This document shows, piece by piece, positions 25,401-41,769 of a stretch of DNA of 64,000 nt. The notes beneath the pieces are model-generated. The model ran no database searches. It was given only the letters and a program-made list of their open reading frames with translations, and was not told where the DNA came from. How positions within the stretch are numbered: position 1 is the stretch's first letter; every line of letters starts with the position of its first letter. This stretch comes from Spirogloea muscicola (Eukaryota), in NCBI GenBank assembly GCA_009602725.1, contig WELB01000023.1, forward strand, positions 1,014,311 through 1,078,310, written 5' to 3'. A program made the position numbers and the translations under genes.

Positions 25401-27591
25401 AGGCTTTGGCGGTGCCTACCTGCTTCAGCCTCTCTGATTACAGTGGCCTTCACTTGAGTGTGACTCATTGTTGCTCTAACGGAACCCTCTGTTTTGGGGC
25501 TGCCTTTTGCATGTATCACTCCCACGGCGCTGCTTGATTCTGAAGTACTCTTCAGTACGGAAGTGCTCTCTTTCTGCAAACAGCCAATGTCACAGTCTCA
25601 CGAGCTCATGCAATCGAGGATAGAAACAAGCTGAGTAATATAGAGGAAGTAGAGACCAGATCATGACCACCGATACCGTAACATGCTGGAAATACCTAGG
25701 CAATCTGGCACGCATGCAGAGTGTCTGATGCAGTGAGTGGCTGTTGAAGATTGTCGGGATAGTATACGGTTGGTCATTATCAGGGATTGGAAGCACAGTG
25801 GAGACAAACATACCTCCTTCTGCTTCTTGGTCATAGGAACAGTCAACAAGGACTGGATTGTCCTCATTGCATCCACAGTTGTGCTGCAGCATACAAGAGG
25901 ACCCTCAGCACCAGCCAATCAGCGCACGCGGATGCTGACTTGCTACTCAAGCATATCCAATCCCTGCAGGGACTGAATATAAGGTTTCAATTTTGGATTG
26001 GCTTACTAGCTGTCAAATCCAACATCAAGTACTAAGAACAGATCTCACGTTTTTAAGGTGGAAGATTTTGCATAGACATGATGATTTAGTACTGCCAATA
26101 CGCATGACGGCAAGGCAGCTGAAGGACTTGATATGAATCAAGGATGTGTTGCAAATTTTTATCAACAGTGTCTGCACCAACTTGCAAACCTTTGAAAGCT
26201 CTCTTGAGACATGCAACCTACCAACACAGTACCGCTAAGGTGCTACCTTTTGTTACTTGGAGCAGCGCAGCTATGTATTCAAACCTGACAGCAGTAACGA
26301 TTCGGTGGGTGTTACAAATCTGGCCAAGATTTGGAAAGAGGTCACTTCGGGCCTGGTACAGATGGGCATCCAAACCAGGTATGAAGAGGAAGACCACCTT
26401 GGAGACTAGTGGCTTGTTCTGCAAGCACAGACATAGAGTCCAGGTCAATTGAAGATGCTTTGAGGTTGACAGCCAGATCTTGTCACAACTGTTGCTTACG
26501 CCAACCATAAGTAAGACATTGACTACCTCAAGGGTGCAGGCTTGTCTATAAGGTCTCCAACATTTCTTCTTCTCACAGCCTACAGACTGCAAGCGTTCAA
26601 TGCACCCTATATTCTGCACGAAGACTTTGCCTAACGTATCGTCTGTGTCATATTATGTCACTTCTGTGTATCTTCTCTTGATTACAAAAGCAGACAGAGT
26701 GTAGCTGGAACAATCTCTGTGCAAGCAGGTCTCTGAGTGCAAGCAGGTTTCATACAAACTGCACCTTGACAAATATCCATCGAGGTGACATGCCATCTGC
26801 GAGCAGCCAACAGACGAGGCCCTGGATGTCTTGCAACTTAAGCTTGGCATCTGCTTTCTCGGGCTGATGAACAATGATCTCAGCCCTGGCCTGTCAAGGA
26901 ATATAGACCACAAGATATAGGTTTACTTATCAACCAAACCCCACCACCCTGCATGTCTGGGCGGTTATATTGCTGTGTACTTCAGTGCCTGATTACTTAA
27001 ACTAGCGGAATCTAAGCAAGTAGGACTCTCAACAGCCTCTCCATCAGCAAAGTACTCAGCACGTTGCACAACCAGGAACGGGAAGCTTGCCTGGGGACCG
27101 TATACGTCGAAGTAATCGGCGGAGGACCCCTTCCCAGCTGCTACGCGCTGGCGCTGCTTCTTAGCTTGCCTCCGAGCGCAGGCCTTGCGCTTCTCTCCTG
27201 AGAATGCAGAACAGGTGCAGGCCACCATAATCAGCTGTAGTATTGGGGAACACATGAAGAGACGACAGCTAGTGCTTTCATGATGCGGACAATGTCAAGT
27301 GCTTCCTGCTGATGAGCCCGAGCATGACAGGGCCAGCCCGGGACTTTTCGAGCTGGCCGGGAAAGGACCTGGCTGTGCAAGGACGCGCGGCGAGGGGCCA
27401 GCCTCGCAGGCGTGACTACCGGCGCCGTCGCCGTCCGGAGCTTCTGCAGTGCGCGGGACGGAGGACTGGCAGCCATCGCCGCCGATCTCGCCTTCCTCCA
27501 ACTCAAGCTCCTCCTCCTCCTCCTCCTCCTCCTCCTCCTCCGCCGCCGCAGCCGCCGCCGCCGCCGCGGCCGCCGCCGGCGCGTCCGTCAT
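22447..27591 (-). CDS. SDN5: Small RNA-degrading nuclease 5 / REXO1-like DEDDh 3'-5' exonuclease
   Basis: ExoI MLAIDCEM (~24880), YSGIT…DVQ, ExoII ILVGHSLQSDL and ExoIII GHDSVEDARAAM (~23730). N-terminal YFDVYGP and QNKPLVSKVVFLFIPGLD. C-terminal NTVLIIATGHGD…ARLGLCFVGVKQ*. Confidence 0.88.
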
Positions 27592-28062
27592 CGGGAGTTA
27601 GCTCGACGGGCGCCGGCGCGGGGCGGCGCGACCGCTGGCCTCCATGGCTGCTGAGCGCGGGCGCAGGCGGAGGCTCCGGGCTCCGGCATTTGGACAGACC
27701 TCGCCTCCTCTATTCATGGAAAACGTCGTCAGCGTTACCCCTGTTACCTGTTAAGATGTCTACATTTAACACATTCTGGTAGGGCTTCGTTTCATGTTGC
27801 CTTTTATTTCCTGCACTGGCTTTTAAAATCCTTAAAACCCACGACCCTACTCTGGGACGGGCGGCTTGACGGGGGCACATGCCGTTACCAGGCCAGCCAA
27901 GTCACGGGCTAATCTGCCTAACCGTTTAGCCCAAGTAGAGATCTTAGCCGTCCAAGGCGACTCGATGGGATAGACTCATGGTTACCGCAGAGGCAGCCGG
28001 GATAACCCAGGCCGCGGCGGCGGCCCCTCGGAGAGTACTAGAGGTTCCGAGGCCGCAGCGGC

Positions 28063-32456
<4,394 letters not shown>

Positions 32457-34215
32457 CATGTCAAAAGCTTACAGGTTAGAGCCCTTGCGCCCGTAACTGA
32501 GGGATTGCCCTTACCGTCCGTCATGGTGGCTAAGATTTGAACAAGGGTCATGGAATACAGCACCCCTTCATGTGACCATTTACAGTACCTGGACTTGGTC
32601 AAGAAAGCAACACCGTCACCTGTTGCAAGCACCAATCAGGCACTTTTTGCCAGCTTTGCTTTCAATGCTTTGAGATGCATTGAAACATGGCTATTTTCTT
32701 ACCAGACAATATAATGTGACGCCTAGGAAGTGGGTCACAAGAGTGGTCGTAGCCTTGATGTTGGAAGCTACGTCGGATGAACTTTTGCTGTGTTGGAGGC
32801 TAGCAAGGCCCATCATTCCTTGTAAATCGTCGTCAATCTTCTTCATGTGCTAGGCTTCTGTAGCAGTTCTCCATATGAAGTGATGTTGCGATATGCGTCA
32901 CCATAGATTTCTTATGGTTTGCTGCATGCATTGCTGCAGGTCAGGGGCAACGTACGCTTGAGCAACGGTGTGGAGGCCGCCGTGGGTCATGACCACATGT
33001 AGTGTTGGTGTAAGATGCTGCCTCTTATCTGGGCTGACACGTACTTGGTATCAACCTGCAATAGCTTCTTGCGTGCTGTTATGCGCTTGGGCCAGGTTGA
33101 GGAGCTGTACACGAGCTGCTGATAGGTGGTGGCAGACTTTGGTACTGCAGTTGCCCAGTAGAGTCTGTCCTTGTGGACAAGGTTAGTGGCAAGCATGATG
33201 TAAAAGGAAGCTGAGAGTGCAGCTCAGTGCTTAAGTTGCAAGCAATTCTTGTATTGCACAAAGGATCAGCTGCAGTTGGGCTGGATTACAAGCAGCTGCA
33301 TTGCACTTAAACCTCAGCGATTGCTGCGCATGGGGGCTGGGTGTTGGCGCTGCCAGGCGCTTCCAGCATATGGCCAAGGGTGAGTCTGCAACCCACATTT
33401 GCATGCCTCAGTCGAGTATCACATCGAGTTGTCCAGCATTTCTGCAACACCACGAGCCACGTGCGCATCATAGCGCGCTTGCGCTGGCTCAGGGGTCAGG
33501 AAACGTGGGTTCACGGAATTGCGCTATGGTCGCCATGGAGTAGATAGGAAGGGTAAGTGCCCTTCCTTGTTTGGTCCTTCTACCTAGGCCCCTTACTGAA
33601 CACAGGCCATAAGTGTCGGTCTTGGAGATGGAGCATACGCATGGCAGTATTGCACTTCGTGCATGCATGTCCAGGTTGCAGTAGTACTCTGGTGCCTATC
33701 TCTCTCATTTACAGGGCAGAAAGTTGTCCTTCGTTATAGATAGTATATCTCTCTCATTTACAGGGCAAAGCTTTTTCTTCAGTAGAGATAGTACTACAGA
33801 CAGTCTGCAAATGTGAAAATCACATCTGGTTATTGCATACGTCTCATTCCAAATCAGTCAATTTGGTATCACAGATTGCATTCACTGAGAAAACTCATAG
33901 CCCAGACTATCTGTTGCCTGGGTTATCTGCTCAGCATGTCTACTGGTATATGTAGTTCGTGCACAGATGGTGATAATAAGGACACAGACAACCAGGTCTC
34001 CTCTCAACACTCTCCTTGATGCTCAAGAACAATTTCATCTGAATCAAGTGCTTGGAGCCTTTGGCGTTCAGACCAGAGATTACACAGAGGACTTGTGCAT
34101 GGGCTTTAGCCAAGCCTTCGTTTGTACTCAGCATATAAAGACTGCCTTCTCTACTGAGTATCTTGCTCGACAGTGACAGATACCGGAGAGATGTTGCCTC
34201 ACTGGCTAGCTCTAG

Positions 34216-36828
34216 CTATGTCAGGATCTGGGTAAATATTGAGCGGATGTCTGGCGGAGGAAGGGCTTTATCATTCACTACTTCAAAGGTCACATTTGGA
34301 CGTGCAGCGTCCTGCATTCGCAGACCATAACAAGCAATGAATGTCAGAATCCTCTGCGGGGCATGTTGTGTAGTTGCGGGGAGAAGGACAGCAGCCAGTC
34401 TGTACACATCAAGCTAAATTTCTTATAATTGAGTATGTAATAACGTGAGTAGGGTGTGTACTTCACCTCAAGGCATCCTACTAGAACACTAGCCACATCT
34501 TTGCGGCAAATTCTCCCGTTAATACGATCCCCTTGTGATACCATGATTCCTTCCTGTCCCCCGTCCTTATTGTTGAGACCACCCGGACGCACGATGTAGT
34601 AAGACAACCCCGATCGCTTCCTGAAGTTCTCCTTAAGTGCTCTGTGCAGAAGGTAGATGCAATCTGGCGTGAGTACAGCAACGGCTGTGTAGAGATGCTT
34701 CACTCTTTTTGTAAGTCCAATCTTGGGCTAATATTTGCAATACTGTTCTCGCTCGCAGCAGCAATCATCAAAGGTCTAGTTGCAGTGCACTATCTCATGC
34801 ACGTTACAAAGAGTGGAAAAAAGTGTGCATGCTTACTGTTCACCCTCAAACTTCCAGTGCATTACTCTTCCTTTCATGACGTTCAATATCAAGTTCGTCA
34901 AGCTCATGCGTGTCACACCCTGCTCACAAACAGCAAGATCACACAGCAATCTAGTGTACACCCAGGTGGCGCCGGAGCAAAATGTAGTCATTTACTAATT
35001 CACCTTAACAAGAAAAATGCGCGCACCTCAATCTCATTCTTCAAGCGCCTGCAATTCAGAACAACTTGTGCCATTTGTTTGGTGGCAGAGCTTTTGGTGC
35101 ACAAACCAGACATGAAGTCAGTATGAACTTCGGCACTCCTGCTTCTGCTGCTGCTTTCGCAAGATTTGCGACACCCAAGTAGTCGACATACTTTGGAGTG
35201 TCCCGATTGTTCCACGGCAGCCGCCATCCTGCAGACAGATGTGGCATGTGATGAGCAGTTGCTTCATTACACAACTCGGGGAAAGGCCCCGGCCGGTGAC
35301 CTGGTTGGGCAACCAACTCGCATGTCCAGGATCTTTCATTTGAGTGCTCAATTAGTTTTCTTAAGCACAAGCTTTGCTCTTCGCAACATGAATGTGGCTA
35401 AGGACCTCCTTCATCTGCATGGCATTTGGGCATTCGTCATGCACCCGGCACAGCAGCTTGCATGACACAGCATCTTGCATAACCATGTCTGCTATAAGGC
35501 ACCTGCCCGTGCAGCGAGGCAACAAATGACAGCATCCTTCCCCATGCAAGCAGCTTGCAGCGTCCTTGAGTCAGTCACATCGCCTCGAACGAACTTCACT
35601 CTCGAGGCTCCTATGCCTGACAGTTATCCCACATTGTTGTCAATGGCCGTGTATGTAACCCTCATTATAATCACGTCAAAGCTGGCCAAGTGTAAGCTCA
35701 ACCAACTCCCTAGGTCCTAAGGGAGATACTGGAGAAGCTGGAGAGCACCTACGGCAGCACTCACCCACGGCACGAGCAGCCCTTTGCTGGTTGCGGGTAA
35801 GTGCGTACAATTCCAAGTGGCCAGGAATCTCGAGAAGCTGCATTGTAACCTGCAATGACAATGCCTCTGCTGATTGAAAATGTTCCAGCAACTCCAGCAC
35901 ACACAACATAGACAGACGAACGGGGAGCAGAGAAGGGGGACGATGGCGTCTGCACTTGCGAACCCAATTATCAGCTGATGGCATGAGGAATTACAAATCG
36001 ACATATCCAGAGACATTGAGAACTTCGTATGTTTCGGTACCCACATTGTACAGGCGAGACAGAGACAGGCAAGCTAATGTGAGTACCTGTAAGCCGACCC
36101 CACTGCTGCACCCGACCACAAGCACCTGCTTTGCCATCCCAGTCCAGTTCTATCACTGAACATTGACAACACAGCTGCATCAGCAACTTAAAGAAGCACT
36201 GCTGCTAGAGTGCGGGTGTAGCTACCAGCAATGGCATGCGACTATGACTCCTTGATGGCCCTTAGCAGCAAAAAGCCCTTGCAGACGCGCAAACAGATGA
36301 CTTGCACATATGGTCGCGCCTTGTGTGCCTCTGTCAATGTGAAGAGCATTCGCAGACGCCAATAAGAGCGGCTCTTGATCCGTAGCCATGAACAATAGCG
36401 TCATGTTGCTGCTGCGGAGCTGACTTCCCCACGGCACCTCGGAAGTGCAAGCCGGTGGCCTTACTCCTGGCCCTGTTCAGCTGGTCAGGCCACTTCCCAG
36501 CTCCGAGCTTCCAAGCAGCGCAAGAAAGAGCCAGGCGGACCTGATCCGAGATTCGGGATCGAGAGTCACTGCCGTCGCTCCGCGGCCTTGGTCCCGCTGC
36601 CGACTCCCTCGCAAATTCACCTCTGGCGATGCAGCAGCTGCAGTCGGGCACGGCGGCGCTGTCGGCGCAGGCGCTCCAGCAAGCGGCGTGGCGCAGGGGC
36701 CGAAGCAGAGGCGAGAGACGGTCTGATGGCGCTATTGCTCTCAGATCCTGCAGCGCCCAGCTGGGAGGAGGTTCAAGCTGGGTGGCGGGTCGCGGGCGGG
36801 CCGAGCTGCAGCCCCAGGCCGTGTGCAT
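34216..36828 (-). CDS. NAD(P)-binding Rossmann-fold protein (atypical SDR, TIC62/NmrA-like), probably plastid-targeted
   Basis: Exons encode LYALTRN, FVRGDVTD…DAVICC, TPKYVDYLGVANLAKAAAEAGVPKFILTS|GVTR…WKFEGEQ, SGLSYYIVRPGGL…GRICRKDVASV and NVTFEVVN. Ala/Arg/Ser-rich N-terminus. Confidence 0.85.
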
Positions 36829-36864
36829 GGAGCTCGCACGCCGCCGAGCTGGGTTGCGCCAGCC

Positions 36865-36866
<2 letters not shown>

Positions 36867-36952
<86 letters not shown>
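36867..36952. repeat. (CT)n microsatellite
   Basis: Perfect dinucleotide run just upstream of the NAD(P)-binding gene. Confidence 0.95.
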
Positions 36953-37535
36953 NGCCCCAGAACGCCGATCGACACGGCCTGCATGCCCGTCATCTCAACA
37001 ATTAAAAATTTCCAATCAACCCACTGGGCAGCCAAGACACATCCCCCCCGTCACCACGCCCGCAGATGCGCCGCATCAGACCGCGCTGAATCCGTCGGCA
37101 AATACTGGCAGCAGCCGCCACCCACTGCCGCCCCGCCCCCCCCGCCGCCATTCACAGCCGCCGCCGCCGCTGCGCCTGCCGTGGCGAGCCCGCCGCCTCT
37201 GGAGCGCGCGGCTGCAGCAGCTGCCAGGACAAGCACGGGCCTCCAGTCCTGCAAGCCATACCCGTCATGGCTGCGCTGCGACCCGCCGGCTCCCCCACCG
37301 CCGTCTGAACGCTCCTCCGTAGTACAGGTCGACAGAAGCTGCTCTGGCCTGTCGCTCTCGTCTACATTTGTACCAGTTCATCTCTAGCGCTCGCTTTTGC
37401 TTGCCGCGCATTCACATGTTGACACGCTCACCTTTGCATGACAACACATTGGTGCAGGCATTAATGACACGTTATTTCTGCTGAAGCCCGACTTTCATCC
37501 ATCTCTCGACATTTGGGGTGCCACATCGAGGTAGC

Positions 37536-39822
37536 ATGACTCTGGTTGTGAACAAGCAAGGCACTTCAACAGCAGAGCCAGGTGATGCAGCTTACCCACG
37601 TCTCTTGTCTGAGCCAGCTCAGCACGAGTATCAGACAGAGCCAACATGCCAGGTCGTACATGTGCATCTATGCAGCGACACTAAGAGATTCACTTGTATG
37701 TATTTGGAAAGACGCCCTTGAAAGTTGTGTAGACAAATTGTGTGGTCACCGATATCAATTGACCTGAATGTGGCTCTGAAAGAGATACAAAGGGCTTGCT
37801 ACAGAATCCGGGTATCCGGGTGGCATACCCAGGTAAGGTCAGTGGATATCTGCGCTTGACATGATTCACTGTCTTATTGACTCACAGGACGACAGCTAGC
37901 TAGTGCAGGTGCCGAGACCCAACCTCCAGCAGAGAGACACAAAGTTGCAAAAGGCAGGAATCCAGGATTTGTGGCCCGCTTCCTTGGAGCGGGTAGCCAC
38001 CGACAAGGGCTATCAGGGGCTCGCGAGCCAGCAACACCAGCAAATACCACACAGAATAGCAACTCTGACAACCAGGCTCACGGGCTGAAGAAAGACGAGG
38101 TCGTCATCCTAGGATCCCGAGGCACACAAGGGCGGCATGAGGATGAGATAGTCATTCTAGGCGGTACGAGGACCGATGGTGCAGAGGGGCAAAGACAGGG
38201 CCAGCATGGTCCGAAGAAGCTCATTTTCGAGAAAGCTGAGCAAGCGAAGCATAAGCTGGTCGAGAAGGCAGAGCAAGCGAAGGACAAGCTGGTCACCACG
38301 GCTGAGCAAGCCAAGGAGAAGGTCTCGCACGTCGTCCCAGGACTGCGGTTCCGCGAGCGAGGATCCGAAGAGCAGGTTGACCGAAAGCAAGAGGGACAGC
38401 AGCAGGCCAGCAGCGGCACAGGGCTTCGTGTGAAGTTGGTCGAGAAGGTAGAGCATGCAGAGAAGGAGGCCAAGGAGGCCGTGCGGAGAGCCTCAGAAAG
38501 TGTACCTGGCCTCAAGGTTTTGACAGGCAACCGCAAGCGGCAGGCTGCAGAATCCAAGGATGACGAACCCCATTCCCCTCCATCAACCCCAGTTGCGTCA
38601 GAGCAGGCCACTGCAGGTGATGCAAGGGGTGTTGCTGAGCAGCGGGCTACGAGCGCCTCGCCAACCCCAACAACCCCTCTGCTTGCGCGAGTTGCAGCTC
38701 TTGAGGTTCAGGTATGTATCTGCAGCAAGTGCAGGCATGACGATGCTTGCACTACAACTTTCCTCCACCAGTCAGCCAATGACTAGAGGTGGGACTTATG
38801 AGGCAGTCGACAATCTTGGTGCTGTTCTAGGTGACTGAATGGGTGGTACTGACGTGAGGCGATTGACGGCAGTTCAGATTGCTGGTCTTCTGCATGCAGC
38901 TTGCTGCTCTGGCGGCTGCTGCAAGTCCGTCCTCCCCTTCGGACTTTCCTATTTCGGGCCCCCCGACACCTAACATTGTCGACAGGAAGACCTTGCACAA
39001 CAGTGGTGAGCTGGCCACCGAGGTGAAGTGTGGTAGAGCGAGCACCGTCCTGGATCGTGTCGCATACTTGGAGAAGAGGCTTGCCAGCCTGCAGGTGCAC
39101 CCCCTGAACCTTGACATGCAAACGTGTTTAGCCTTGCATCAAAATCTTAGCGGGCAATGGACTAGCATTACCATAGGTACACATGCAAGTCACCATTAGT
39201 ACAAGTAGTAGGCTGGTCATGACGCGCATAATTTGAAGCAGGTGTGTAAGCGGCTTACGATCCCACATGTGGCTGCGTAAAGCTGACGACAATTTTCTTG
39301 ACACACTTGATTACATGCGAGATGAAGACTGCTTCCCCTACAGGAGCCCTGAAACAGGAGCAATCGACTCGGCAGCCACCCAAGCAGCTGGTTATCACTG
39401 AGCTTGGCAGGCGACAGGAGCAACCACACAAGCCGCTTGTAGTCACTCAGCTTGGGAGGCGCCAGGAACCACCACCTAAGCAGCCCATACCTACGAAGCT
39501 TGGGGGGCGACCTTCTTGGTCTGAAGCAAGTGATTTGAAGGAAGAGGACAGCATTGCAGCTCAAGTGGGTGCCGAGTTCCTGTATCTGACCATTCTCAGA
39601 GGCTTGAGCAGTAGTATGTAACACTACCAAATTCCCACATGAGTCTGGTCACTTCATGTCGTGCTCATAAGCTCATATCGCAGCACCTGTGTGCAGTCGA
39701 AAACTACGGCAGGCGAAGTTCCGGTGCTAGAGAAGAAGCCATTCAAGGGCAACGGCACTAGGCAGCCCACTTCGAAGCAACATCGGCATCACAGAATCCA
39801 GCCCAAGTGTGTGGTAATGTGA
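37536..39822 (+). CDS. Unknown hydrophilic protein with short internal repeats and a C-terminal CaaX box (CVVM)
   Basis: Exons at about 37887-38711, 38900-39093, 39343-39564 and 39698-39822. Repeats DExVILG x2, EKAEQAK x3 and K-L-V-x-T-x-LGRRQE x2-3. Motifs LLARVAALE and VLDRVAYLEKRL. Ends PKCVVM-TGA. Start uncertain. Confidence 0.6.
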
Positions 39823-40714
39823 TGGACGCTGTGCTGTATGGGGTTGTGAAATATTGCGTGAGTAGCATTCTTAGTCTGTCTAAGCATACAGTCAGGCTAT
39901 GCTATAAGCTCCAGAAGACAGTGGCCTCGCTGCCACCACTAGTAACTACGTGACGGTATGCGTGGCCCATGGACCCGTCACGGTGTTCATGGTTCTGTGC
40001 TTAAATTTCAGAGGCAGAACAAGCAGATCCCGACCCTGGTGAAGCTGAACTTTGTGGCAGCAGCCAACGACTGCCAACAGATAAATTTTGATAATGAGCC
40101 CCAGTAATTCAGCACAGAAGCCAGCCCTGGCTTGTTGGCCTCGAATGACAATGAGCACTTAGTCTGGTTTTGATCTTGAGGAGCCTCAGCGATGTGGAAT
40201 TTGCTTGATGGCTTGCCAGAATACGCAAAAAATGTTTGCAGCGCAGTATTGCAACTGACTCCATGCTGATGTCATCGCAATAGAGAAATCTGTATCAGCA
40301 ATCGACGGATCCAACGTATTGTGACTACCCTATACTTAAGCACTTGTGATTCTTCACATCTTTGGCCTTGCACGCCGCACATTGGAGAGCGGGGGCTGTC
40401 ACTCTTGACCCATTTGCAGCAAAGCTTTCTGTTCTGCTGATACCACTTATCCGAAGCCCACAGTACCTCTAATCTAGATCCTAGTGTAGGCACTTACAAT
40501 GCACCTGACTGTAGATGCGGCTGAATGCCAGCCGCGTCTAGCTCGTGTCGTGATGTCCAGTGAAGCATTGCTCCTAATCTCTTGGGGTATCCAGCTAGTC
40601 TGCAGTCGGCGCACGTTCCTCCCAGAGAAGCTGGCCCTTTTGCTGCCGCGTTGCTGCCTAGGCTGCACCACGGATGCCTTCCAGTGTGATAGAGACTCTT
40701 TCAGTAAGAGGGGC

Positions 40715-40850
40715 GATGGCTGTGGTTGGCCAGCCCAGAGTCTGATTCGGAAAATTTCGGCCAGAAAAGCGCTGTAACACAGCGACACAAGTGGAGAAAG
40801 ACCGTCTCGGCGATGGCTGTGAGTGGCCAGCCCGGAGAAACAACGTCCCA
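40715..40850 (-). mobile_element. Two tandem 3'-tail copies of the RLE retroelement family
   Basis: Minus strand reads cgggctggccactcacagccatcgcc and ctgggctggccaaccacagccatcgcccctcttactgaaagag. Confidence 0.65.
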
Positions 40851-41769
40851 AATGGCCACTGCGTGCTCAATGTCGGCTTCCAGTAGAGGAAGCTCGTCCA
40901 ATGTATGGCAGTCATGAAAGGTAGTGGACCAGTAGGTCATGGGTTCCTGGCTTGACGAGTGCGGTGAGGGGCAGTAGTGGCGCGTGTGAACGGCGCCCAC
41001 CGAGTCCAGGGGGCCCGTTCAGACGCGCGGGGAAGGAAGAGCGCATCGGACGGCTGTGGTGCGGCCCGGGACTGAGTGGCCGGGGCGCGCCGCCACGCGG
41101 CGCCCGGGCGGCGGCCCCGCGCGGGATCTGCGGCCAATCAGGAGGCCCGGGCCGGCNNNNNNNNNNNNNNNNNNNNNNNNNNNNNNNNNNNNNNNNNNNN
41201 NNNNNNNNNNNNNNNNNNNNNNNNNNNNNNNNNNNNNNNNNNNNNNNNNNNNNNNNNNNNNNNNNNNNNNNNNNNNNNNNNNNNNNNNNNNNNNNNNNNN
41301 NNNNNNNNNNNNNNNNNNNNNNNNNNNNNNNNNNNNNNNNNNNNNNNNNNNNNNNNNNNNNNNNNNNNNNNNNNNNNNNNNNNNNNNNNNNNNNNNNNNN
41401 NNNNNNNNNNNNNNNNNNNNNNNNNNNNNNNNNNNNNNNNNNNNNNNNNNNNNNNNNNNNNNNNNNNNNNNNNNNNNNNNNNNNNNNNNNNNNNNNNNNN
41501 NNNNNNNNNNNNNNNNNNNNNNNNNNNNNNNNNNNNNNNNNNNNNNNNNNNNNNNNNNNNNNNNNNNNNNNNNNNNNNNNNNNNNNNNNNNNNNNNNNNN
41601 NNNNNNNNNNNNNNNNNNNNNNNNNNNNNNNNNNNNNNNNNNNNNNNNNNNNNNNNNNNNNNNNNNNNNNNNNNNNNNNNNNNNNNNNNNNNNNNNNNNN
41701 NNNNNNNNNNNNNNNNNNNNNNNNNNNNNNNNNNNNNNNNNNNNNNNNNNNNNNNNNNNNNNNNNNNNN

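Noticed and set aside
33697..33767. 22-nt direct repeat tatctctctcatttacagggca
   Set aside because: A small local duplication in a convergent 3' region with no other element features.
35020..35130. Premature stop in the NAD(P)-binding gene
   Set aside because: It is resolved by splicing to the exon at ~34919-34835 (GVTRMSL…WKFEGEQ).
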